Assembly: GCA_964247055.1 (NCBI GenBank)
Contig: OZ176053.1
Coordinates: 4,216,001 to 4,280,000 of the forward strand
Length of the DNA stretch: 64,000 bases
Direction: 5' to 3'
From: Paragordius varius
Taxonomy: Eukaryota > Animalia > Nematomorpha
The position numbers were made by a program, and so were the translations under genes. This document shows positions 52,701-64,000 of this stretch, in pieces. Every line of letters begins with the position of its first letter. Position 1 is the first letter of the stretch. The notes under the pieces are model-generated. The model had not been told where the DNA came from and did not search any database. It was given only the letters and a program-made list of their open reading frames with translations.

Positions 52701-55700
52701 CTTTAATACTTTGAGGTTATAAATTATTTCTATGGTTAGGCTTGACAGGTTACGAATGCATTCAGAAATTGTGACCGCTTTCATTATTTAAAGCCAAAAA
52801 TGAATGCATATTTATCCCATGATATAAAATCGATTAAACGATATTAAAATTTATTTTAATGAAAAAACCAATTTTCTTTATATATCATAAAGTTAAACCA
52901 TACTTTCAGTTGTGGTTTTAATTGTAATTATGACTGTGATAGAGTGCATTCATTGGTTTGACCGTTTTTTATTTTTGTATTGCAAAAAACCCTTATTTAC
53001 TAAAACGAATTATCATAAAATATACTGATGAAATTACCTTTGCCCTTGTTGAATACCGTGAATTGGTAAGTGTAACAGGGAGAGGATTGAAACTTCGGGT
53101 GGGCTTTCACTGTTTATAGTTTCCTTATTGTGATAATAATGATTTGTGGTTACGGAATCAATTTGATTGTTGACAGATTCATAGGGGCTAACATTAGAGA
53201 GCATAAAAGATTTTTCCGAATTTTCAAGCTTTTCATTGACGTCCCTTATCAATGGAGTGGATTCGCTTTCGGTTTTTTCGGAATTGAGATCACGATGCAT
53301 AAACCAAGCCGAATCTGCCACGCCAAGTATTACTGTTTGTCTTTGTTTTGCACGGCGAAATATGCGTTGAACTTTATCAAGATTCAATGAGACACCTATG
53401 CCACCAGCACTATATTTTAAATAATTTTTTATTTAGATATTGCGTTAAATTTGAAAAATATTAATTTAGAAAACGTATTTTCTCAAATTAAAATTATACC
53501 TTGTTCCGAGAAACAATATTCGATCAGCCCCTTTCAATCTTTCCATAAGCTCTTTAATCGTTTCTTCAATTATGACAGATCCTAAAAAGGCAAAATCATC
53601 TGAGGAACCCTTATATTTTCTCCCACTCCATAAATCGCTTGAACAATATGGAAGATATCTACATACAATTTAAATATAACCCTATTAGCTTTATTATATT
53701 GAATTTAATTATATAGAAATGTCGTAATTATTAGGTATTCTTATTCGCATATAAGGCAAACGCTTTTTTTTTAATTTTAAAATATTTAAAATTTTTTCTT
53801 AAATGTTACTTTTTAAATAAGTAAATACTTACATGATATTATAATTATGCCAATATGGATTGCTTGTAGGATCTGACGAAAGGATTCCATCAACTAAAAT
53901 GTATTACAATTTAATATATTCCAATAGTTGTAAAATATGTTAATATTTATTTTTGAAGTGATATTGTAAAACGGTCCGTATATTTTATAATGATATATCT
54001 ATGAATTTCGTTGATTGTAGTTTTTTTATTGGAAAAATGTATTTAATTCCAATTTTATTACAAAATAAAAAATTTTACATTATATATATTCAATTTTTTC
54101 GATATTGATGCATGATAAAAAGTAGACGTGGTAAAACACGACCAATTAAATAAAAATGAAGGGGATAATTTGGGAAAGATTTTTTTTCTATTTTCTATTT
54201 GTTTTCTCCAAAACTAGTCATTTAACTTCATAATATGAAAAAAGTTACAAGGTTAACCTTTCATTTCTGTATTCCAATGACGGGAAGACATGAGACGAGG
54301 GGACTCAATATAACGTTTTTGACACATTTCTTTGGAAGAACAAAACCAACCGCCTTATATACATATATATGTAAGTCCAATGTAAAATAATATTAAAATA
54401 ACACATTAAATTGTTTTGTTATACTAGTTGTAATCGTAAATCATTACTGGTCGAATTAACAGAATACGTCAGTGATAAGTACACAGACGACTAATTTGAC
54501 GCACACCGATTTCGTTCATCTTGCATAAATATAAATACACGCAATTTGAGTCTGCCAAGTTAAGTTTTATATTTATCATTGAGTAGTTATGACGAATTTT
54601 ATACCTGAATTGCGAATTAATTTTCTTATTTAATCAGACGATAGTCAATCGTTTGTGGGTAGAAACATATAGTGAACATGCTCGATCAATTAAAACATGT
54701 GAAGCATGGTTTCGAAAGTTAAAAAGTTGCGACTTCAGTGTGAAAAAAGGTGGGCGCTTCGGTAGACAACAACTGCAATAACGATCAAGTTAAAAAGTTG
54801 GATGAATATTCAAATCAAACTCAACGACAATTGGTATAAGCAATATGTGTATAACAAAATGTAACCCGCAGACGTCCAGCAATGAATAATCCAATAAACT
54901 GGTAAATGAATCCCACACAATTTGAATACGATATTCGAAAATTGTAATGACGTAGAAAATCCTGCTTCAACGAAAGAATTTATTTTTGCATCGAATTGTG
55001 ACGGGGGATAAGAGGTGGCGTTATTTTGTAAGTCCAAAGCGGAAAAAATCGTGGCTTTCATCTTGCCAAGCCGGTCCATCAACCAAGACCGATTCGCTTC
55101 GGCTCAGACCATGCTCTATGTCTGGTGCAACCATAGGTATTTTGTTATAGGAACTTTTGAAACCCGGTGAAACTCTTAATACACAACGCTATCGCTAAAA
55201 AATGATTAATTTAAATCATGCATTAATTTAAAAACGACTGTAAGCCAGAAAAGATAGCAAAGTGATTTCGTTACATATCAATTCTCCGTTTCACACAGAA
55301 AACCAGTGAAAGACACCTTGTACTCGTTCGATGGGAAATTCTTCCGCATCCGCCGTCCTCTCCTGACGTGGCGGTATCACTCACTTGAAGAGCAGTACTT
55401 AAATAATTTCGGAAAAAACCCACGTTGTGAATGGTTTACCGCAAAAAACGATCGTTTTTTTCTGGTAATATATTCTTATTATCTGAGAGATGGGCGAAAT
55501 GCGTAGAACCCGAGCAACAATATTTTAAATAAAATAAATAATTAATTTTCTTTCATAATTACGCGTTTACCACAAATCCGGTAAAGACTTACGACTGCCC
55601 CTAGAAAACAATTAAATTAATATATTGAGAAAAAAATAACCTTCAAGATATATGATCCATTTTTTGGACTGATTGTAGGTTCTCAGATAATATCTATAAT

Positions 55701-56966
55701 TTAAAAAGAATAATGATATAGTTTTTATGGTATACAATAATATATAAGATGATCATCAAGGATATAAGTGGCAAATAAGACGCAAACAAAGTTTTAATAC
55801 GTAATATTTTGGATTATACCAATTTTAGATCAGGATATTCAAAATCATTTTATACGTAGCAGAATGATTTAATCATAATACATATATAAATTTTATATAT
55901 TAATATTTAGAGAAAATTAAAAAAAACAATATAGCCTTTAGCTTCATTAGATTATTTTTTAAACCCAAAAGGATATTTTAGACTTTTAAATATTTAAGGC
56001 TTTCGAAAACATTTCATTTTTTAGATTGTAACTAACTACATTATCTTAGTGTATAAAAACGCACTAATTATTATTAAATGCAAATTCTACTTTAATTATC
56101 CTATTAAATTATCATTATTATACATTCAATCAGGATCTTATTTTAAAAATAGTCAATAAAAAATTTTACCCAGAAGGCGTTCCATCATTGCACGTAATAT
56201 TAGGGTTTTGTAGAAAATGTCTTTTCAATGGTAAATTATTGTTATTAAAGTTAATATTATTAGCATTGTTATCGTTACGGTTAAAATCATTGGCATCAAC
56301 ACTCTCAATGATTCCATTCATGAGATTGGCATAGTTTATGGATTGAATCACATCTTTATATTCTTCATTAGATGGATTTATTGTGGTGTCCGTTTCATTA
56401 TTGAAACTTTTATTATACGGATAAAATCTACCAATTATTTCTCTATGCCTGTTTTTAGATTTGGAAATATTATAATTAGAGCTGTCTTTCCGGGGCTGTT
56501 TTTCGGTCCAAACCTCGGGGAAAGGGTGTAAAGAAAAATTAACCTCATGATAGTTATCGTTTGTATGGTTATTTTGACGAAAAGATAGTAAATTGAGGGA
56601 GTAATTTGTTTTGAAAGCTGGATTCGATGAAACATGCCTCAACAAAAGTGTAAAAATGAATAGTAATGGACAAACACAAGAAATGGTGAATATTAACATA
56701 GTTAGGGTTGTTGAATCAAATAAGAATTTTTTCTCGTTTAAATAGCCACCGAGATTTTTATATCGATGAATAAGCGATAATGTTAATGATGTCAAACTGA
56801 AGGTACATTTAATAGAGGATTGTTGTCTGCTCTTGGGGCATAAGAAGCCTTTTTGTTTATCATTTAGGGGTTTGTAGAATACGCAGCAATTATGTTTAGC
56901 GGAATCAAGAAAAACTGAGTTTCTGTAGTTTGAAAAAAATCGATTTTGGTAATAATGATCTGTCAT
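49755..56966 (-). CDS. NOTUM: Notum, palmitoleoyl-protein carboxylesterase (Wnt deacylase). Exons: 56966(or 56699)-56170, 55693-55641, 54353-54258, 53893-53833, 53658-53500, 53409-53038, 52678-52578, 52506-52368, 52262-52215, 52183-52103, 50254-50196 (tentative), 50104-49755
   Basis: Motifs in order: [56 protein letters not shown] (nucleophile Ser), ADSAWF, YWNGYLPEQC, QWLYDEAQL (Asp), SPACISH (His), ALHCW and CPFKLIDKCRWPHCNQMCP...TGQQLD. All junctions are GT-AG and frame-consistent. Confidence 0.93.
50331..51515. mobile_element. Near-complete foldback family A copy in a Notum intron
   Basis: CTGATAGGAAAATATATCAGGTTTATCATGA (50370) mirrors TCATGATAATCCAGATACATTTTCCTATCA (51436-51465). Right terminus TACCCCCCGATTTTGGACACAGTG|TA. 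The arms remain complementary for several hundred bp towards the centre (~50900). Confidence 0.85.
54427..55601 (+). mobile_element. Decayed mariner (Mos1-like, DD34D-type) transposon in Notum intron 2
   Basis: TA-flanked imperfect TIRs (GTTGTAATCGTAAATCATTACTGG / CCGGTAAAGACTTACGACTGCCCC). Broken transposase with FLHRIVTGDKRW...KRKKSW, LLKPGETLNTQRY, WEILPHPPSSPDVA and RWAKCVE. Confidence 0.9.
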
Positions 56967-57549
56967 ATAATATTATATACCACATATATTATAATTCTCA
57001 ATCGTTTTTGCTGAACGCAAATGTTGTTAATATTTAATAGTTATAATTATATAATTCATCAAATTAAGCTTATATGATATCGGAAAAGATTTATGGGCAA
57101 AATAAAATTTGGAAAACTATGATAATCTCTTGAAAAACGACCGCTAAATCGTTTGCGATCAAATATTAATAAGATATTCCACAGAAGATATTTAAGGTAA
57201 AATGTAGAGATCTATTAAATTTCACCTTATATATAGATAGATAGATATTAAAAAATATTTATTTATTTAATATATTTTACGGCGGCATTCCCTTCGAATA
57301 AAAGATCAAAGAGAAATAAATGTTAAAATTTAAATAAAAAATAATTTATTTTAAGTAATAAATTTATAAAATAAAAAATATCCCCAGCGCGACACAAATT
57401 TATTCAATATTTTCAAATAAAACAAATTATTGAAAATATTAGACAATATAAAAAATATGATTTTGAATATTTTTCAAGTTATGAATCGGATAAAATAGTT
57501 TTTAAGTTAATATCAAAAAATTATATAAAACTTTTCCTTTCAGATGACC

Positions 57550-57555
<6 letters not shown>

Positions 57556-57592
<37 letters not shown>
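57556..57592. repeat. (TA)n microsatellite
   Basis: TA run upstream of Notum; boundaries approximate. Confidence 0.9.
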
Positions 57593-57598
<6 letters not shown>

Positions 57599-59399
57599 AT
57601 ATTACATCTTGAAAAATTGCATAGATATCTAATATAATTACATTTCTGAATATATAAAATTTGAATCTGTATCTTATAAATAGGATTGAAAAAATTTTTG
57701 TTTAAACTAAAATTTCAAAAAATGATTTATCTTTCCTCTCATCTTGTGTGTTTGAATGACCCAATAACACAAAGATAATTTATTATTATTATACTACTGA
57801 CATCAAAAAGAGTTGAAAAAAAGAAATAGAAATAATAAATATTGAGAGCAAAACTCTGCGGTAATCAGAAAAAAAGTCAAAAATCAGATAGCCAAAAATC
57901 TATAAAATAAAATAATGATAAATAAATAAAATACCTTTAATACCATGTGTTTGAACATTTTAAGCAATAATACTTTTTAGTTGGACAAAGAAATGTTTCA
58001 CATAAAATTATTGTGTTATTACAAATTTTTCCAACTTTGAATGTCAATGTCATACGAAAATGTCAATTGTGGTTTTTTGAAAAAGGTGTGTCGTCCTTCG
58101 AATGAAAAAGAATTACACGCAAAACTCATTGTAAAAATTTGGGTTTTGAAACAAAATCGTAAACTAAGTAAAATAAAATATTTTAATTACGAAATAATAA
58201 CATAATGTTGAAAGAGTTCACGTTTTTTGTATTTTTACCTGTTAAAGAAGTTGTTTATAAAAATTAGGAAATCATAAAAAATAAAAAGAGGCAAGAGACC
58301 CTTTTAATTAATTTTGCCTACATTCGATTACTATCAAAGCTTATTATTACCGATTAATACTAATATTATTATTATCAAATCTTAATGATTGTGTTTTCGC
58401 TTTTTTACCTTTAAGTTACACCTACATACCTACCGACCTCTTCAATAATATAAAAAGGCTCTTAAACATGAAAAAACTTCTTTGATTTTAATCTTATACC
58501 ACACCAGAGAAATAAAGAAATAGCGGCATTTTACGTATTTTATAAAATTAAATTTATAAATTTTATTAATATATTATTTCGTAATCATTATTACATAGCT
58601 CTAAATAAACTCTCAGTAAAGTTATATATAAATTTCGGATAGTGCCTGCCGTCCAACAACGAAGATGTATATAAACACATAATTGACAATAATTAAAATG
58701 TAATTATATTTTTTTATTTCGAACATAACCTACCTTTGGCAATAACAGTAATACAATGGAATTTTAATTATTTTCTGCCTGAAAGTAAGATCCAATTGAA
58801 TACCAATTTCAAATGGCACGGTAGAGGTAGCGACCTGTATATACATATATTTTTTAATTTTTTCAAAAATTTGCAAATTTTGTAATTAGATATTTTATAT
58901 GTAATACAAACAAAAAATAAAATACCTTCCCACCAATAAAATGAAATACATGTGTATGTATTTATTTAATATTTAATTGTCGGCACTTTAATGAACAAAA
59001 TATAAGTTTCTTTGATCTTTTTATCGCCTTTTAATACGTAAAATATGTACACATGATCGTTACAACAAACACGAATAACAGAATTTTAGTAGATATATGG
59101 GACATTCTCAAAACTTTATTGATATTGTGAAAATTTATAAATTAAACTTTGAAAACCATGTTAACTATAATATTTTTTAAAAATATCTTTAGCTATACAT
59201 CACTTTATATTTTTTCTAAAAAAGAATCAACACCAAAAACTAAGGGTTTTAAATAGTAAGGAACAGGTTTGCAAAAATCTGCAGGACTTAATAAAAAATT
59301 ATATTAAAATGCAGATTTTGGACTTGAGAAAATGATCCCAAAACATGTAGGCAAGGGTCAGACTTTATTTTTTAATTGTTGACTATAGTCAGGCCATTT

Positions 59400-61356
59400 T
59401 TTTTCAAAAAAGTCGTTAAATTGGTGTCTTTCATAAAGGGTAAAACTCCGGATTTGGAGTTTTCGTACCATATTTCAAATTCATAATATTTATACTTCGT
59501 GATTATCTGAGGCGATTTTTTACGTAACACATGCCCTTGTATACAACTAATGATGTTACAGATCATTAGAAACTGGCCTTTGCCGTTAGCGCATTTTTAT
59601 GCTCCAGCCAACACCGCGGGGAGATGACAATAGGATTTTGTTGGTGTCCTTGAGACAATTTTCCGCACCAACGAATTTAATAATCATTTTTTTTATTTTT
59701 TCTACAAATTCGGAGAATCGAATCACACAAATGACCTATCAAATAAATCCAAGTCTCCAAAAAATAATTTTTAAAGCAAATTTTCGCCCAAGCTATGAGA
59801 CTCTATAAATAGGTATTTTAATATTCAGTAAAACGGCAAAAATTTTAATCTACGCTTTATATTAACCGCTGGATACTCCACCCTCTGTAAAACGAGGCAC
59901 CATATAATGCAACCACAAATATTGAATAATATTTTAACTAGTACTTACCATATAAAAGCAAACTTTAGTCAAGCGTTTTTTGAAATAAGCCGCTGGTTAC
60001 TCCACCTACTGATAAATACGCAGCCATTAAATAATTATATGGTGAATTATTTTTTCACCCAATTTATGAGATTATATAAAATCAATAATGGTATGTATTC
60101 CTTGCAGAAAGGCAAATTGAGCGCTTTTCCTATATATTAAACATTGGATAGTATGCCACCCTTTGTTAAATGCGCTACCATATAAACGTGGATTTAAAAT
60201 AATTTAAGAGATAAGTAATGAGACAATTTTATATCAATAGTTTTAGGTATTCCAGTATAAGGGAAGATGTTTTAGCCCAGTTAAATTAGTCGCTGGGCAG
60301 AGCTTACCCTTTGTTAATTTGACCATGTAAGATTCACGTGATTTTAAAGGGACTTCTCTTAAGTTATGAGACTATACAAAATTAGTAATGGTATCAGACA
60401 TTTCTAGTATAAACAGCAAACATTTGGAGCACCGTTTAAATTAAGGTCCAGGTTGGGCTTAATCCTATATTTAATACGCCACTATATAAAATTACCGAGG
60501 CTTGAAAGCATTTTAGGAACGATTATAGGACAATATGGATTTAATATTTTCATTTTAAAGTAAAAATTTAGTCAAAAGCCATTTATATTAGCACATGGTA
60601 AAGACCGCGCCCTATGTTAAAGGCGCCATTATATATAAATATCGAGGCTTTAAAGAAACTTTTCAGAAAATTTATGAGATTATATGTATATTTAAGTTAT
60701 TTTAGATTTATAGGCAAAATTATTGGTCAAAAGCCTTGTTTAATCAGCCGGTGGTTAGGGTTCCACCCTATGAATACGCGATAATAAAAAGGGTTTTGAA
60801 GCAACCTTTTGTCTAAGTTGTATAAAATTATTATTTACTAATATTTTAATCTATTTCTTGCACAAAGCGCAAACTTTTTTCAGCATTTTTAAAAATGCCT
60901 AGGCATCCTTTGTTAAATACCTTACCATATAGAAATAAATTTGCTATGATGCTAATTTTATGTTTTAATTTTCTGTTAAGGGCAAAATTTAGCCCAGTAC
61001 TTCCTTTAATTACTGCTGGGTAGGGCTCCACGCTATGTTAAATACGTATATAATTTGGATTTGATGCGGATTTTACCCAAAGTTATAAGATTTTATATAA
61101 AATCAATAATGGTTTAAGGTAAGTCCCATGTAAAGGTGAATATAATTGAATTACTTTTATGGGTCCTTAATAGGGCATCACTCTAATTAACCGCACCATA
61201 TAATAATAATTAAATATCTCCATATTCAATTAATGGCACTCAATTTATTAGACGAAGGAAAAACGCACATGGTTAAAAATATTTTTATTTAACTATTATA
61301 TCCTCAGTTTATTACAATTAATCTTTTCGACTAAGTCACGGGGACGTTACAGCTTG
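59400..61356 (+). mobile_element. Long Helitron family B derivative carrying an internal degenerate tandem array
   Basis: Family B modules (GTGTCCTTGAGACAATTTTCCG ~59645, TTTTCGCCCAAG ~59780) precede the array. The 3' end has hairpin GTCACG-GGGA-CGTTAC followed by CTTG|T (CTAG-like). The 5' boundary is uncertain. Confidence 0.6.
59860..61100 (+). repeat. Degenerate tandem repeat, ~150-bp unit, about 8-9 copies
   Basis: Variants of GCTGGGTAGGGCTCCACCCTATGTTAAATACGC recur at ~59880, 60000, 60155, 60305, 60460, 60610, 60762, 60905 and 61027, with interleaved TTATGAGATTATATAAAAT motifs. Confidence 0.75.
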
Positions 61357-61799
61357 TTATAATATATTTTAAATTATTTCATTTAAGGTCATTTAAAAAA
61401 TTGGCTCTCAATAGCGTTTGTAAAGGTCTATCTAAACTCATAAGATTGTAGGAATTTTTTCTTAGAAACTTCATCGAAACAAATTTTTAGTTAATTTTTT
61501 CGCGATTTATGTCGCTAGTCCCTATATTACCTAGCCAGGTCATTTCTTTCGGATTCAAAAAACTTTTTCGTTAATAAAAATTCTTTGAAAAATTGATTGT
61601 TAATATTATTTCTTTAGAATTAACAAATTTTGAGAAAGTTTATTTCTTATACGGAGCCGTTTTTGGAATTAGGATATGTTATTGAAATCAATAACTGAAC
61701 TGCCTAAAAAGAAGTGAACCAGAGTTATATTTTAAAACGGTCAAAAACAAAATCTATTTTAAAAAGGAGTCCGAACCAAAATCATACATTTTTAGAAAC

Positions 61800-62150
61800 T
61801 TGTTTAGGACAAGAAAAATAACTGCGTTTTCAACCCGGCTAAATACATCTTAAGATCAAACAATTTAGGACTATTTTAAAACTCGGATAAACATTATGAA
61901 AAATTTACCGCAGAAAATAATAAAGAGCAGGATACATTCAAAACATCTTGTATAGAGATTATAAAGACAAAATATAGAAATTAAAGGGAATAAACACACA
62001 CCAATTTGAAAGTAAAACTTGGCAAGCCCAAGATACCACGCAGCGACAAATCATAAAAAGGGTAATAATATAAGGATAAAATCAGTTACTAACTGCCTTT
62101 CAGCGCCGTACTTAATTGACAATATCCTTAAAGATCGATAAAATATATTT
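61800..62150 (+). mobile_element. Possible highly decayed CR1/L2-like LINE 3' fragment
   Basis: Only faint residues of the RT C-terminal pattern can be read; many stops and frameshifts. Confidence 0.25.
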
Positions 62151-62199
62151 TGCAACAAACAGAAAAGAATTTGGTCACAGACACGACTTTTTGTTTGCA

Positions 62200-62990
62200 T
62201 GGGTACTCAACACATGGTTACGGCGCTAACCATGTGCTAAGTTTAAAATCTTGACTAAAATTTAGGAGATAAATCAAAATCTTTATCAAATCCATATAAT
62301 CCCATTATCGGCTTCAAAGCCACACGTTATTTTTAAATAGTGGTGAACATAGGGTGCGGCTCTAACTCACTGCTTATTCAAAAAAGCTTTTGACCAAATC
62401 TTTATCTTTAAGTGGAAAATATTGAATCTATATGATCTCATAAGCTTTCCGTCAAATCCAAAAAACATTTTATTTAGTGGACTTCTTCCAAGAAACATTT
62501 TATTTAGTGGACTTCTTTCCATATGGCCCTACCGAAGAGTTTATATGAGAAAAGAGTTTAACTATCTCTTCATGCATAAATTAGCTAAACTATTATTGAT
62601 TATTAAAGGGCTAGAAATTTATTGCCTTTCTATGATAGCAAAACTATTTCATCTTTTTGATGTCATAGTTTTCCCGAAAATTTTATTACCGTTCCTGTTA
62701 GTTTTACATGACGGCGGCATATTAAAGAGGGTTTGGGGCTCTATTTAGCGGCTAAAACGCTGTGGGGATAGAAGCACTATTAAATTTATATAAACTCATA
62801 TGCGAAAATTGATTTTTGGGTTAGTTCGAATTAAAGAATAAGCCGCATATGTTCGGCGTATTCGTAAAAAAATAATTTTTATTATTGAATTCGGAAGGGC
62901 CTACACGTTTTCCGGAAATCAGTCACAAACAGACGATTTTCGGAGACTTTTTTCGAACCCATTTTGCATGGGGTAAGGCTTAATTAAGAG
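62200..62990 (-). mobile_element. Reverse-orientation partial Helitron family B copy with array units
   Basis: Reverse complement contains TTTCCGGAAAACGTGTAGG...CGCCGAACATA (~62840-62920) and array units GCACCCTATGTTCACC (~62350) and TTAGCACATGGTTAG (~62230). Confidence 0.65.
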
Positions 62991-64000
62991 ACTAATTTGT
63001 AAAAATGGATTTTAATCATTTTTTTAAATAATGCGCCTAAAAGGTCATTGAATGCATATTAAATATAGTAATATATCATAGATCCTAAAAATAAATGCCT
63101 TTAATAATTTCAACCTTTTATTCGATAAATCACCAGTTAATATACATTTAAGTGAATAATACTTTTTACATGAAAAAAACAATTCAATTAAAAATAATAA
63201 TTATTTATATTGATATAAGTAGAAGTTGTAGTATCAAAAAAGCAAAAAACTAAAATTATCTACAAGTTTATAATAAGATTTCTGGAATTTGAAATTTGGT
63301 CAATGTTTGTTTTCATCACTATGGCAAAATTGACAAGTATTGGCAATAAGGATTATAATTCATCCTTTTCCTAAAAATATAAAAAATTTAAAATTATAAC
63401 TTTTGTTACTAGATTATATAAATAGAATTCTAAAAACAAAACAGGTTATATTAAATGGACATTTACAATGTATAATTTTGAATGTTAATTAATATATTTT
63501 TTAATAACAGAATTAAACAATCTAACATTATTCAATAAAATGAAATATGTCTCTAAATCCAAAAACCATAAAAGGGCTGTTAGATTTTTTGGTAAAAAAA
63601 ATATTTGATCTGCAAAGAGACTTTTTAAGCAAATAAATTTCTATGAATAATAAAAAACATCGTTCTCACACGCACTAAATCAAAGACCGTTTCCCTGATT
63701 TGACATTAGTAATGTTTATACAACTTTCACTCTATTTTTTAACTTTTTTTATATATTACCAAAGATTTACACTAAATAATTAATAATTAAGCGCCTTCTA
63801 TTAATGAACATTTGTGATAAAAAACGCGTATATGTATATTAGTTTATAATTATCGGGCACTTTTCAAATGGTGATTGCCCACACCCCAAAAACGAAATTT
63901 AACAAGCTTCCGAATACATATTGTATTAGATGAAATAAATTTTTAAAATGCTTTTGCATAACATCGAAAAATGCCTGTGCTTTTAGTTTATCAAAGGTTA

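Noticed and set aside
56343-56635. Short ORFs overlapping Notum exon 1
   Set aside because: Alternate-frame or antisense shadows of the Notum coding sequence.
1-64000. Prokaryotic systems (CRISPR array, defence island, operons of the listed ORFs)
   Set aside because: The DNA is intron-containing animal sequence. The 21-bp and 150-bp repeats lack unique spacers, sit inside transposons and have no cas genes nearby.

Overview
This is eukaryotic (animal) genomic DNA, very AT-rich, in the standard genetic code; it is not a prokaryotic window. The ORF track fragments the genes because they are spliced. By hand I reconstructed seven protein-coding genes: ATM kinase (-, 3' end runs off the window), a catalytically dead secreted phospholipase A2 homologue (-), a DCAF4-like WD40 protein (-), eIF2-gamma (+), an Mnx/HB9 homeobox gene (+), Utp11 (+) and the Wnt deacylase Notum (-). 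The most striking property is a bimodal intron landscape: 14 GT-AG introns of only 21-27 nt, mostly at gene 5' ends, coexist with introns of 0.1-3.8 kb that often hold transposons. Such micro-introns in an animal suggest a reduced parasite lineage such as a dicyemid or myxozoan (inference only). The spacers are filled with decayed DNA transposons (hAT with perfect 8-bp TSDs, mariner relics, TA-flanked foldback elements, non-autonomous Helitrons, one carrying a ~150-bp tandem array) and LINE remnants. Best leads: the micro-intron system, an operon-like 65-nt Mnx-Utp11 junction, a possibly membrane-tethered Notum, and a PLA2 pseudo-enzyme. All homology calls come from recalled family motifs; no database search was run.
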